Source: a virus
DNA: 64,000 bases
Virus record (IMG/VR): IMGVR_UViG_3300045921_000291
Direction: 5' to 3' (one strand)
Part shown: piece after piece, positions 30,447 to 40,561 of the stretch
Layout: each line of letters begins with the position of its first letter
How positions within the stretch are numbered: position 1 is the first letter of the stretch
Translations under genes and position numbers: made by a program
Notes under the pieces: model-generated
What the model saw: only the letters and a program-made list of their open reading frames with translations
Told to the model about the DNA's origin: nothing
Databases searched by the model: none

Positions 30447-31082
30447 TTACATTGAACTAATGTACATCTTAACGATGTCACCGATGGCAATAATTGCGTG
30501 TTGTACTGATATAGACAACAGAATGAATCCCATTACTTTACTCATGGCGACTATCCCTCCTTCACCGAGTAGTTTCATTAGATAAAATGAAGAGGTAAGA
30601 ACTACTGTTATTATTAAAGATACAAGTAGAATAGCTCCTAATATGATCAAATGAGATGTAGCGGCTATTTCAGAAGTCCAGAATGATGATAATTGTTCAG
30701 TTTGAGACATCATCATACCTATTGTACCCGGTCCAACTAGCATAGGTACGGTTAAAGGTGAAAATGCTATACTAGATGACGAAATAGCTTTCATTCCTTT
30801 TTTGTTTCTACCGCCCGATAACAGTTCCATGGCTGAACTAAATATCATGATACTACCAGCTAAACGAATGGCTGGTATAGTAATGCCAAAGAAACTAAAT
30901 ATGAATTTACCCAATAATAGGACGAATACTAATACTAGTATAAAGTTTAATATCACCTTATACTTCAATTGTAATCTTTTTGTGTGGTCTAGTTCACTTG
31001 AAAGCGCAATCCATATGGGTATAATACCAATTGGATTCACGACAGATATCAATCCTGTGAAGAAGATTAAAAAGTCTATCAT
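30447..31082 (-). CDS. marC: MarC family integral membrane protein
   Basis: Six hydrophobic helices; VVNPIGIIPIW, GITIPAIRLAGSI, PLTVPMLVGPGTI, G..G...MSKVMGFILLSISVQ. Confidence 0.88.
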   Translation of the reverse strand: MIDFLIFFTGLISVVNPIGIIPIWIALSSELDHTKRLQLKYKVILNFILVLVFVLLLGKFIFSFFGITIPAIRLAGSIMIFSSAMELLSGGRNKKGMKAISSSSIAFSPLTVPMLVGPGTIGMMMSQTEQLSSFWTSEIAATSHLIILGAILLVSLIITVVLTSSFYLMKLLGEGGIVAMSKVMGFILLSISVQHAIIAIGDIVKMYISSM

Positions 31083-31223
31083 ATATAAGAGTGTGTTAAA
31101 GTATCTTGGCGTATTTATTTCAAATATACTACGAGATTAAGATGCTAAACATCACACTCACGACATTTATGGATAAAATCCAATAAATCATAAAAACAGA
31201 AACAAAAAACAATAAAAATACTT

Positions 31224-32147
31224 ATGTTCAAAGACTTAGGAAAAAGCATAAAGATGCCGAATATAAACGTAAAGGATTCTACTAAAATCCCTGAAATGAA
31301 TGTTACTAAGACTGCCAAAGAAAAACAAAAAGAATCTGAACAAAAAATGGATGAGAATACTGGTGGGTCTGATAAAAGATTGGATGAAGCTAAGAGTAAA
31401 TCTAATTACAAAGATCAAGCAAAGAGTAATAGCTCAAATGCACAAACTAATACACCAAACATAAAATCACCTAAAAAACTAGATTCAGCGAGTCCCACCT
31501 TTAATAAAGTTAAAACCGATAAAATTGAAAGTAAACCTGTTGATAGTCGTCTACCAAATGAAGATATGGAGAGAAATCCAGACAATAAAAAGTTATCAGA
31601 TGAGGGAACATTAAAGGATAAAGTGGAAAGTAGTAATTTAAAAGAATTATCAGAATCTATAAATGATGCCAAAAAGGAAGCAGATGAAGATAAATTGGAA
31701 AAAATGAAAGATGGGTTAGATGACATGCCAAAAGTAGATGTATCTGATGGTGCTAAAAAAGCAATACAAGTTTTAATGGATGCCATAAAGATAACAACAA
31801 GACCAGGTATGTATGCGGTGGAGAAAATGATAGAAAAAGCAATATCTGACGCAATAGAAGATGAGATAGGAAAAAAAATGAAAGATGTTAAAATGGATGA
31901 AAATATGGATACTGTAAAGGGGAGTGTGGAGAAAGACTCAGTTCCAAGTGGAACCGACGAAAAATTCAAAAATCTCGAAGATAATCAAAAGAAATCAAAT
32001 GAGATGATATCAAAAAAATCGTTAGAGAGCGAGGCTGAAATTGCAGTAAAGTCCTCTGAAATGGAAGAAAGAAATGAAAATAATAATAATAGAATTTCAA
32101 GTAATGAAAAACTAAATTCTAATCTATTATCTAAGTATGTAAAGTAA
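31224..32147 (+). CDS. K/E/S/D-rich low-complexity protein
   Basis: 307 aa, highly charged, probably disordered. Confidence 0.7.
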   Translation: MFKDLGKSIKMPNINVKDSTKIPEMNVTKTAKEKQKESEQKMDENTGGSDKRLDEAKSKSNYKDQAKSNSSNAQTNTPNIKSPKKLDSASPTFNKVKTDKIESKPVDSRLPNEDMERNPDNKKLSDEGTLKDKVESSNLKELSESINDAKKEADEDKLEKMKDGLDDMPKVDVSDGAKKAIQVLMDAIKITTRPGMYAVEKMIEKAISDAIEDEIGKKMKDVKMDENMDTVKGSVEKDSVPSGTDEKFKNLEDNQKKSNEMISKKSLESEAEIAVKSSEMEERNENNNNRISSNEKLNSNLLSKYVK

Positions 32148-33737
32148 TTACTTCACATTGCCTAGTATAGTATCTATCATCTTGGTGTCAACTTTAGTTT
32201 TAACCACTGCTTTAGAGGCTTTACCTTTATCATCCACTTTTATTTTAGGTTGGAAGTGATTAACTTTAACACCTTCTTTGAAGAATGTTGGTTTTTTATC
32301 TTTACCAGCTACTACATTACGCTTAGAGCCATCTTTTGCATAGAAGGATATATCTATTGTATCTGACTTAAATGGGTTATTGTTTTCGGCGTTCCAATTT
32401 ATGACTAAGAATGTCCCTTTGGCAAACATTTTAGCCACATCGGATGATTTATCTAATTCTTTTATTTCAATTACCCTTTTGTCTTTTTCATCCTTTATTT
32501 TAGGTGTACCCACGCTTTGTATAGAGAATAGTTTACTGTCAGATATATGTCTAATTTCTATGGCTATTTTACCGTCAAATATAGTCAAAATGTAAACAAC
32601 ATTTGGCTCTAAATCTCCTTCCAGCTCATCTACACTTACAACATCTGCATATTTGAATTCAGAATTTAGTTCTTCATCTGCGTTTTCTATTTTATCTTTT
32701 ATCTTCCCAACTTTAGATAACTTATCTTCCATTTCATCTATTAATTTATCAATTTCTCTGGACAATTCTTCATTTCTTTTGGTGTTATTTTCACCTGGGC
32801 TCATCTCATCTGATGAAAAATACTTAGCGAAATCGGATTTCAACTTCGTCAGATTTCTTTCCCAGTACTCTTTTAGCCTCTCATTCTCTTTTCTTTCTTT
32901 GCCTTCTGTCCACAAGCGTTCAGCTTCCATTTGATATTGCTTCAAACGTATTCTATTTGGTGCAGGGTCAACTGATTGGTTCTTCTCTTGTTTTTTGATA
33001 GAAATCAAATCACTCATGAGTTTATCCAGTTCATTTTTTATTTTATTGATATCATCCAAGTCGGATTTTCTAAATTTATCATCATCGTATTTTTTGGATT
33101 GTAAGTCATTTAATACTTTACTTACCTCATCTTCTTTGTCTTCTAGTTTCTTTATCTCCATTTCTATGTTCTTAAATTCCTCAGATTTCTCTGATTGTGT
33201 TCTGTCTCCTCTGGGTATTCTTTTTTCTTTTCTACTAGATAATTTTCTTATCTCATCGAGTGTAGATGAAAGTGATTTAATTTCTCTATCTAGTCTCTTA
33301 TCTGTTTTATTGTTTAATGCTTCTAATTCTTTAGCTATATTATCACTTCTTTTTTTAAATTCCCTTACCAGCTCATCTATTTTCCCACTCTCAGATGCCT
33401 TCTGAAATACACCACGCTCCAATTCGGCTCTATACTTATCAAGTAAGCCATCCATCATTCTAGCCTTGACAGATAACATATTAGTTAATATGCCAGTCAG
33501 GTATCCGTTCATGGTTATCTTCTTACCTAACCACTTGAATGTCTTACCCAATACTTTTCCAATGGAGTTGAATATGTTAAATTCGTATAATGCTAAATCG
33601 GGGTCATATTCACCCTCATATAACCCATCATAATAATCAAATATATGATGGAATCTTTCATCTTTTTTAGATACACGAGTTATACCCGTATGTAAGAACT
33701 GGTTACGGAAATCTTCATATTTTGGTGCCTGTTTCAT
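32148..33737 (-). CDS. coiled-coil protein, putative internal head protein
   Basis: 529 aa; N-terminal KYEDFR, LYE/F site then an amphipathic helix; long K/E heptads. Confidence 0.7.
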   Translation of the reverse strand: MKQAPKYEDFRNQFLHTGITRVSKKDERFHHIFDYYDGLYEGEYDPDLALYEFNIFNSIGKVLGKTFKWLGKKITMNGYLTGILTNMLSVKARMMDGLLDKYRAELERGVFQKASESGKIDELVREFKKRSDNIAKELEALNNKTDKRLDREIKSLSSTLDEIRKLSSRKEKRIPRGDRTQSEKSEEFKNIEMEIKKLEDKEDEVSKVLNDLQSKKYDDDKFRKSDLDDINKIKNELDKLMSDLISIKKQEKNQSVDPAPNRIRLKQYQMEAERLWTEGKERKENERLKEYWERNLTKLKSDFAKYFSSDEMSPGENNTKRNEELSREIDKLIDEMEDKLSKVGKIKDKIENADEELNSEFKYADVVSVDELEGDLEPNVVYILTIFDGKIAIEIRHISDSKLFSIQSVGTPKIKDEKDKRVIEIKELDKSSDVAKMFAKGTFLVINWNAENNNPFKSDTIDISFYAKDGSKRNVVAGKDKKPTFFKEGVKVNHFQPKIKVDDKGKASKAVVKTKVDTKMIDTILGNVK

Positions 33738-34363
33738 TATTTGCTTATGATGTTGATTTGTTTGTATAAGTATTTTTTGCCATTTATAAATAGATAGGAA
33801 TCGTGTAAAACTACCCCAGAGCCAGAAGGTTTAAGTGTATCATATACCTTATTACCAGCTACCCATATTTCATATTTAGCAGGCAGACCATTGGGAAATG
33901 CTCGCTCTTTCTCACTTTTGTCTACTGTTGGCTTAGGTATGCTAGTATAAAGGGTACTTATGGTAGAAGTGTCTATGCGTAATTTTTCTTTAGGTTCTTC
34001 CTTAGCTTTATCTACCATATTGTTATTTGTATTTCTAACAGACACCATGTATTCCGCAGGAGGGGGTGTCATAGTATCGTATACTCTGGGTATATCTCCA
34101 ATAGGTCTACTCACATTATCTATATTATGCTCTAACGTATTACTGGATGAAGCTTCATCTTCTGTAAATTTCTCTGTATATATGGGGGATTCATCTTCCA
34201 CCTGTTCAGATATGATTTCTTCTTTAACCTCTGCTTCAGGTACTGAAATCATAACTGGAACTTCGGTTTTAGGTGGAACCAATGATTTCTTGGATTCCAT
34301 CTTTTTTCTCTTTTTTTCAATCAGTTCTGCTTTTCTATCGTTTTTATTTTTGTTCTCTTCCAT
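33737..34363 (-). CDS. hypothetical protein
   Basis: 208 aa; GATATATA box 5 nt upstream. Confidence 0.7.
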   Translation of the reverse strand: MEENKNKNDRKAELIEKKRKKMESKKSLVPPKTEVPVMISVPEAEVKEEIISEQVEDESPIYTEKFTEDEASSSNTLEHNIDNVSRPIGDIPRVYDTMTPPPAEYMVSVRNTNNNMVDKAKEEPKEKLRIDTSTISTLYTSIPKPTVDKSEKERAFPNGLPAKYEIWVAGNKVYDTLKPSGSGVVLHDSYLFINGKKYLYKQINIISK

Positions 34364-34432
34364 GTTTGTATATATCTTAACTTTTATTGTTCAGTAAAGT
34401 AAAATGATGTAAAGAATATAATTATTATAAAA

Positions 34433-34780
34433 ATGTACCATTATACAACAAACCTCGATTTCAAGGAATTAAATGTTATCTATGATAACAACATATTACT
34501 CACACATATACAAAACATACACGCTATTATAAAAAGTAAATATCCACATTTACATTTCTGTGTCAGAAACACTTTTCAGGGTATGTGTCTTTCTATAAGA
34601 ATAAAAAATAAGAAAGATGCTAAATTTAGATACCTTGAATTTTTCTTTAAGGGAAATATCATGAAAACGTGCTATTTTTTGAACGACAACATTATATTCA
34701 AAAAAGAAAAATTAGATAGTCAGAGATACACTGAACTCGCAATTAAATGTGCCAAACAGTTCCACGACGAATGGAGTTAA
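34433..34780 (+). CDS. hypothetical protein
   Basis: 115-aa ORF; 4-nt convergent overlap with the spike gene. Confidence 0.6.
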   Translation: MYHYTTNLDFKELNVIYDNNILLTHIQNIHAIIKSKYPHLHFCVRNTFQGMCLSIRIKNKKDAKFRYLEFFFKGNIMKTCYFLNDNIIFKKEKLDSQRYTELAIKCAKQFHDEWS

Positions 34781-36903
34781 AAAGCACCGAGTGAACTTCT
34801 TCTCCACCCCGCCCCAGTTTTGACATAGACGTAGTTGTTATCCCATGCGATGGCACCTGTAACGCCATTAGAATCAGCGCTACTGGTAGGAGTATAGCTT
34901 TGCGATAATGCAAGTTGCTGGTGTCCTGTTTGCCCCGTTATAGATAAATTCTGGTAGCTAAAACCAGTGGTTGTTATATTAAGTGTAGATGAGTTGGCAT
35001 CTAACTTATTCCTTGAACCATTTATCGTATTATTATCGCAATTAGCACCCAACACATTTTCATCAGAACCAGTGGTGAATGTATTAGAAGAACTACCTTC
35101 ACTTAGCCGATTGGCATTACTTGAAGAACCTATGATATTACCGTTACAGTTTTCAGCTAGTTTATTGTTATTACAATTGTTACCTATCTGATTATTACTA
35201 CTGTTATTATCTATGGTATTTGATGTACATGAGGCACCTATAGTGTTCCCGTCAGAAGAAGAACCTATGAAATTGTAATTAGAATTATTAGATATTGTAT
35301 TACCAGACGAATTACCTGATATTCTATTAAAAGATGAGTTATTTTGAATAGAGTTATTATCCGATGTTGATTCTATTATATTAGATGAACATGATACACC
35401 TATCACATTACTAGTGCAGTTAGAGCCTAATATGTTATATATGGATAGATTTCCTAGTTGATTGTTATCGGAGTCAGAGCCTAATCTATTAGCCACACTG
35501 CCCGTGCCTAATGTATTATTTTGACTACCTGAATCCAATATGTTATCTGTTGAATTATTACCTAATGTGTTATTCGTGCATGATGTGCCTAATATATTTC
35601 TGGAGCATGAATCACCGAATGTATTAAATGATGACTTTTGTCTAAAAATATTATCATTACAAGACAAACCGAATGTATTATTTTGGCATGAATCCTCAAT
35701 TATGTTCCCGTCACACCCATTATTGAAAGTTAAATCTTTACATCTGGAAGCTATTCTATTATTGGTGAAATTTGAACCACTTATGATATTTTCGCATCTA
35801 TTACCTATGAAGTTACCTAAAGACCCAGAACCAATAATCAACTCATTACAATTAGACCCAATTGTATTCCTTTCACACCCAGATAATAAAACTATATTAT
35901 TACAATTGGACTCTATCTTGTTGTTTTTAGCATTGTCATACATTCTGATATTGGTATTACCTGTCCCTAGTTTATTTAACTGACAATTAGAATAATAAGT
36001 TATATTCTCACAGGTTGATCCTATCACATGGGATGATTGCATCCCAAAGAATGTCATATAAGCACAATCCTCTTTAATGTCAATGTATTTAACAGTATCC
36101 GCTATTAGATTTTGATAAAATATGATATTCCCGTATAGTGAACCACCAGGTATATTCAAATCAGAGATTTCTATAAAAGAGCAACCAGAATGGAAAGGCG
36201 ATAAGTCAGACCAAGTTATGTTGGGTGTTACGTTATAAGGGTTCCCTGTTGGGTTTAAAGTTGATGATGTATTGTAAGTCAACGAACCATACGTATCACC
36301 ATATGAATTGAGACGTATGAGCATAAACCCAGAATTATTATCTGGTAAAGTAGCCTCGTGTATTGTGGATGAATTGATGACATTCACTAATTGTCTGGGA
36401 GTATTCACCACGACTGGACCAAGTGAAACTGGTAATGTGTTTTCCACTATGCTATTTAGTGTTAATGGGAAAGATAAAACACTTAAATCATAAATATAAA
36501 CTGGAAGGTATTCCACTGGTTGCGCTGCATGATTGAACCATCTTCTAAACTGTATTACTCTCCAATCATATGGTGCCGTTAGGTTTCTTGTTCTATCTGT
36601 TCTTCTGAGTATCCTTCCTCTGTCAGCACCCCCTGTGGTATCTGTTATATCAAATATCAAATCATCTTGTGGGTTTGTGATAGATGTAGCTTTCCTATCC
36701 AATTCTGAGTTGGATAAAGCTTTCACCACTATGGGTTCAATAGGACCATCTATGACAGTGCCTACAAATTCCAATGTGTATCTGGTTCTAAAATCAGTCA
36801 ATACATATTCTTTGAATGGTTCGAGTTCGCCTGATAAAAGCGCTGAAATAACGTCACTGTAGTTAGTCTCTATTTGCGGTACTTGTCTTCTTGAAATGCC
36901 CAT
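34777..36903 (-). CDS. fibre/spike protein with nonapeptide N-x-[ILF]-G-x-x-[SC]-x-x beta-solenoid
   Basis: About 35 tandem 9-residue repeats; N-terminal block shared with 26208..27761; C-terminal G.IAWDNNYVYVKTGAGWRR; start at 36903 after AATATATA. Confidence 0.8.
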   Translation of the reverse strand: MGISRRQVPQIETNYSDVISALLSGELEPFKEYVLTDFRTRYTLEFVGTVIDGPIEPIVVKALSNSELDRKATSITNPQDDLIFDITDTTGGADRGRILRRTDRTRNLTAPYDWRVIQFRRWFNHAAQPVEYLPVYIYDLSVLSFPLTLNSIVENTLPVSLGPVVVNTPRQLVNVINSSTIHEATLPDNNSGFMLIRLNSYGDTYGSLTYNTSSTLNPTGNPYNVTPNITWSDLSPFHSGCSFIEISDLNIPGGSLYGNIIFYQNLIADTVKYIDIKEDCAYMTFFGMQSSHVIGSTCENITYYSNCQLNKLGTGNTNIRMYDNAKNNKIESNCNNIVLLSGCERNTIGSNCNELIIGSGSLGNFIGNRCENIISGSNFTNNRIASRCKDLTFNNGCDGNIIEDSCQNNTFGLSCNDNIFRQKSSFNTFGDSCSRNILGTSCTNNTLGNNSTDNILDSGSQNNTLGTGSVANRLGSDSDNNQLGNLSIYNILGSNCTSNVIGVSCSSNIIESTSDNNSIQNNSSFNRISGNSSGNTISNNSNYNFIGSSSDGNTIGASCTSNTIDNNSSNNQIGNNCNNNKLAENCNGNIIGSSSNANRLSEGSSSNTFTTGSDENVLGANCDNNTINGSRNKLDANSSTLNITTTGFSYQNLSITGQTGHQQLALSQSYTPTSSADSNGVTGAIAWDNNYVYVKTGAGWRRSSLGAF

Positions 36904-36968
36904 GTTGTATATATTGAACACATGACACCAACAATATTGAATTAACCATAAAGATTTATCAGATATTA

Positions 36969-37000
36969 TTTGTATTTGTCGAAAAAAATACAGATATTTG
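36969..37000 (+). promoter_or_regulatory. Bacteroidota sigma70-type promoter (variant)
   Basis: TTTG (36969-36972), N20, GATATTTG (one mismatch). Confidence 0.55.
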
Positions 37001-37024
37001 TATCATACTTAATTGTTAATCGTC

Positions 37025-37510
37025 ATGGAATTTCAAGTGCCCAACATTTTTGTAACAGAATACTCCTCTAAGAATGGTGCATCTTGCCCTTACAAAGTAA
37101 TTAGCGCTCATGGTGAAGAACTCCGTTACGAGACTGACCGAGGTATTGTTAAGACGGATGTCACTTATCAGGAATTCGTCATGTTGATTGAGCGTTTCTT
37201 CCCTAACCTCCAGTATGATACTTATGAATATTATACTCGATACGACCATTTCTCTGAAATTCGCGCTGGTTACATGGTAGGTGGTATTTTCGTACCTACC
37301 TATAAGTTCCAGTTCATGCAACTTGAGGACGAAAACCCAGATGCTCCTTTCCGTCGTTTTCATTTGAACGGTGACCTTATCGTTTATAAGTTGACCGACG
37401 CTGGTAAGACAGAAGAATTTCAAGATATGGTTGAACTTGAGAAATATTGGGATGACGAAAATAAGTGCATAGGGGTAAAACGCCCATCTTTTATGACTAA
37501 TCTTAACTAG
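37025..37510 (+). CDS. hypothetical protein (early)
   Basis: ATG 37025 in frame; CGT/GGT-biased codons like 3701..4108. Confidence 0.75.
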   Translation: MEFQVPNIFVTEYSSKNGASCPYKVISAHGEELRYETDRGIVKTDVTYQEFVMLIERFFPNLQYDTYEYYTRYDHFSEIRAGYMVGGIFVPTYKFQFMQLEDENPDAPFRRFHLNGDLIVYKLTDAGKTEEFQDMVELEKYWDDENKCIGVKRPSFMTNLN

Positions 37511-37586
37511 TTTATAATATGTGACTCAATTTTATAGTGGGTTTTAGTGTAAATCTATGTTATATTGATAAAGCATAGTGTAATGT

Positions 37587-37702
37587 TATCATACCTAAAT
37601 AGAAAAAATTATGTAAATTGGTATCAAAGTAAATGAACCATATAAGTATTACTATCCATACAAGAAATCATAATATAATGCTAAAATAATAGATTTATTA
37701 TG
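37587..37702 (+). pseudogene. isolated C-cap remnant of an LRR-array gene
   Basis: Decayed ATCATACCT..ATAGAA...TATTACTATCCATACAA...AAAATAATAGATTTATTATG, matching the 3' ends of intact copies. Confidence 0.6.
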
Positions 37703-38168
37703 ATGCTCACCAATAAACAAAAGTCATTCCTTGAAAATGTAGTCATAGGAAAATGGTCAATAAACCAAAATACAGGTTTAGTTGATGTAGAAGGTAATGT
37801 ACTTATGTCAGATATGAGACTAACCGAAATACCCGTCAAATTTGGTAAATAAATGGCAATTTCGATTGCTCATATAACCGATTGAATAGTCTTGGAGGTG
37901 CACTCCAATCAGTCGGTGGGTATTTCAATTGCTGTAATAACAAATTAACTAACTTAAAATGAGCACCTCAATAAGTTTGGGGTTTATTTTATATAGATTT
38001 AAGTTATATTGATAATAAGTATTACCATGTCATCATACCCGAAATAGAAGAAATGTTGGGAATGGGTATAAAATTTCATTATCCATATATCGCATTTGTC
38101 GAAAATTATGCTTTACTTTGTTATATAAAGAAATTCACTATAATAATAAAATAATAGAGATACTATGA
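37700..38168 (+). pseudogene. LRR-array pseudogene
   Basis: MMLTNKQKSFLENVV N-cap, stop near 37849, frameshift, in-frame TGA/TAA in the repeats, disrupted C-cap. Confidence 0.8.
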
Positions 38169-39181
38169 AAATAACTAAAGAACAAAAGTCATTCCTTGAC
38201 AAAGTAGTCAATGGTATATGGTCAATCAATTCAGATACAAATCTGATTGATGTAGAAGGTAGTGTGGATATGTCTCGAATGAATTTGACTGAAATACCTG
38301 TTAAATTTGGGAAAGTAACTGGTAATTTCGATTGCCATGAAAATGAATTAACTAGTTTAGTAGGCGCGCCCCAATCAGTTAGAGGTGGTTTCTATTGCGA
38401 TAATAACCAATTGACTAGTCTGGTAGGAGCACCCCAATCAGTGGGTGGTGATTTCATTTGCCATGAAAACCAATTGACTAGTCTGGTAGGAGCACCTAAA
38501 TCAGTTGGAGGGGATTTCTATTGCAATAATAACCAATTAACTAGTTTAGTAGGCGCGCCCCAATCAGTTAGAGGTGGTTTCTATTGCGATAATAACCAAT
38601 TGACTAGTCTGAAAGGAGCACCCCAATCAGTTGGCGGTGATTTCTTTTGTTATAAAAACAAATTGACTGGTCTGGTAGGATCACCTCAATTAGTTGGGGG
38701 TAGTTTCAGATGCCATAAAAACCAATTGACTAGTCTGGTAGGAGCACCTCAATCGGTAGGTGGTAATTTATTTTGTTATAAAAACAAATTGACTAGTCTG
38801 GAAGGAGCACCTCAATCAGTTGGAGGGGATTTCATTTGCCATGAAAACCAATTGACTAGCTTAGAAGGAGCACCAAAATCTGTTGGGGGTGATTTTAGTT
38901 GCTATCTTAACAAATTAACTAGTCTGGTAGGTGCACCTCAATTAGTTGGGGGTAGTTTCTATTGCGATTGTAATCAATTGACTAGTCTGGAAGGTGCACC
39001 TAAATCAGTTGGGGGTTTATTTTATATAGATTTAAGTTATATTGATAAAAAGTATTACCATGTCATTATACCCGAAATAGAAGAACTGATTTCCAGAGGT
39101 ATCAATTTATACAAACCATATGTGTATTATCACCCATATAAAGAAGCATACTATAATAATAAAATAATAGAGATAATATGA
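38165..39181 (+). CDS. 21-residue leucine-rich-repeat protein, 10 internal modules
   Basis: N-cap MKITKEQKSFLDKVV.G.WSIN, modules LTSLxGAPxSVGGxFxCxxNQ (63-bp period), C-cap YYHVIIPEIEE..YYHPYKEAYYNNKIIEII. Confidence 0.9.
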   Translation: MKITKEQKSFLDKVVNGIWSINSDTNLIDVEGSVDMSRMNLTEIPVKFGKVTGNFDCHENELTSLVGAPQSVRGGFYCDNNQLTSLVGAPQSVGGDFICHENQLTSLVGAPKSVGGDFYCNNNQLTSLVGAPQSVRGGFYCDNNQLTSLKGAPQSVGGDFFCYKNKLTGLVGSPQLVGGSFRCHKNQLTSLVGAPQSVGGNLFCYKNKLTSLEGAPQSVGGDFICHENQLTSLEGAPKSVGGDFSCYLNKLTSLVGAPQLVGGSFYCDCNQLTSLEGAPKSVGGLFYIDLSYIDKKYYHVIIPEIEELISRGINLYKPYVYYHPYKEAYYNNKIIEII

Positions 39182-39879
39182 AAATAACTAAAGAACAAAA
39201 GTCATTCCTCGACGAGGTAGTCACTGGAAAATGGTCAATCAATCCAAATACTGGTTTAGTTGATGTGGATGGTAATGTATTTATCTCAGATATGAAGTTG
39301 ACAGAAATACCTATAAAATTCGGTGAAGTGACTGGTTATTTCAATTGCTCGATTAACCAATTGGCTAGTCTGGAAGGAGCACCTCAATCAGTTGGCGGTG
39401 ATTTCTTTTGTCAAAGTAACCAATTGACTAGCCTTGAAGGTGCACCTAAATCAGTTGGTGGTGATTTCCACTGCTTTAATAACAAATTAACTAGCCTTGA
39501 AGGTGCACCAAAATCTGTTGGAGGTATTTTTAATTGCCCATATAACCAATTGACTAGTCTGGTAGGTGCACCTAAATCAGTTGTGAGCAATTTCTATTGT
39601 TTTGGTAACCAATTGACTAGTCTGGTAGGGGCACCTCAATCAGTTGGAAGTGATTTCTGTTGTCGCTCAAACAAACTAACTAGCCTAGAAGGAGCACCCC
39701 AATCAATTGGTGGTATGCTTCATATAGACTTAGGTTATATTTCTAAATATTATTATCATGTAATTATACCTGAAATAGAAGAAATGATTAAAAATGGTAT
39801 TAAATTATACAAACCTGATGAGTATTATTACCCCTACAAAGAAATTCACTATAAAAATAAGTTGATTGAATTGTTATGA
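39178..39879 (+). CDS. LRR protein, 5 modules
   Basis: Same caps; 233 aa = 128 + 5x21; ATGA overlap with neighbours. Confidence 0.9.
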   Translation: MKITKEQKSFLDEVVTGKWSINPNTGLVDVDGNVFISDMKLTEIPIKFGEVTGYFNCSINQLASLEGAPQSVGGDFFCQSNQLTSLEGAPKSVGGDFHCFNNKLTSLEGAPKSVGGIFNCPYNQLTSLVGAPKSVVSNFYCFGNQLTSLVGAPQSVGSDFCCRSNKLTSLEGAPQSIGGMLHIDLGYISKYYYHVIIPEIEEMIKNGIKLYKPDEYYYPYKEIHYKNKLIELL

Positions 39880-40320
39880 AATTAACTAATGAACAAAACT
39901 CATTCCTTGACAAAGTGGTCTCTGGAAAATGGTCAATCAATTCAGATACAAATCTGATTGATGTAGAAGGTAGTGTGGATATGTCGAATTTAACTAATAT
40001 ACCTGTCAAGTTTGGTAATGTAACTGACTATTTCAATTTCTCATATAAAGAATTGACTAGTTTGATAGGCGCATCTAAATCAATAGGTCGTGTTTTCAAA
40101 TGCACTAATAATCCATTGACTATATTAGAAGGTGCATCCCAATCAATCGGTGATTATTATATAATTATTGACTTGGCTGAAATTGATAAAAAGTATCAAC
40201 CTATCATTATTGATTAAAATAGAGAAAATGATAGAAAGGGGTATCTTAATATTTAAATCCGATATTACTTACTACCCGTACAAAGAAGCATATCAAAAAT
40301 ATAAGATAAAGGGTTAATTA
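39876..40320 (+). pseudogene. truncated LRR-array copy, 1 module
   Basis: ORF stops at 40217 inside the C-cap; decayed cap sequence continues to about 40320. Confidence 0.75.
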
Positions 40321-40561
40321 TAACACCTGCTAAAAAGGGGTCAATAAATCCATATTTGTATGTATTTGTAAAAATCTCCACGACAAAGTTTAACTAAAAT
40401 ACCAATTAGGTTAGACTTTTTCTTGGAGATTTCAATTATAAACTTATTAAGTAATCTGAAAGTCGAACCATAATCAGTTGATATTTTATGTTTTAATATA
40501 ATTTTAATTTATATTAAAACATAAAATAAAACCCAATAAAATAACAAATAATGTATGTAAA

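Noticed and set aside
38340-39010. CRISPR array (regular ~63-bp period)
   Set aside because: Repeats are degenerate, in-frame and protein-coding; there is no invariant direct repeat with unique spacers and no cas gene.
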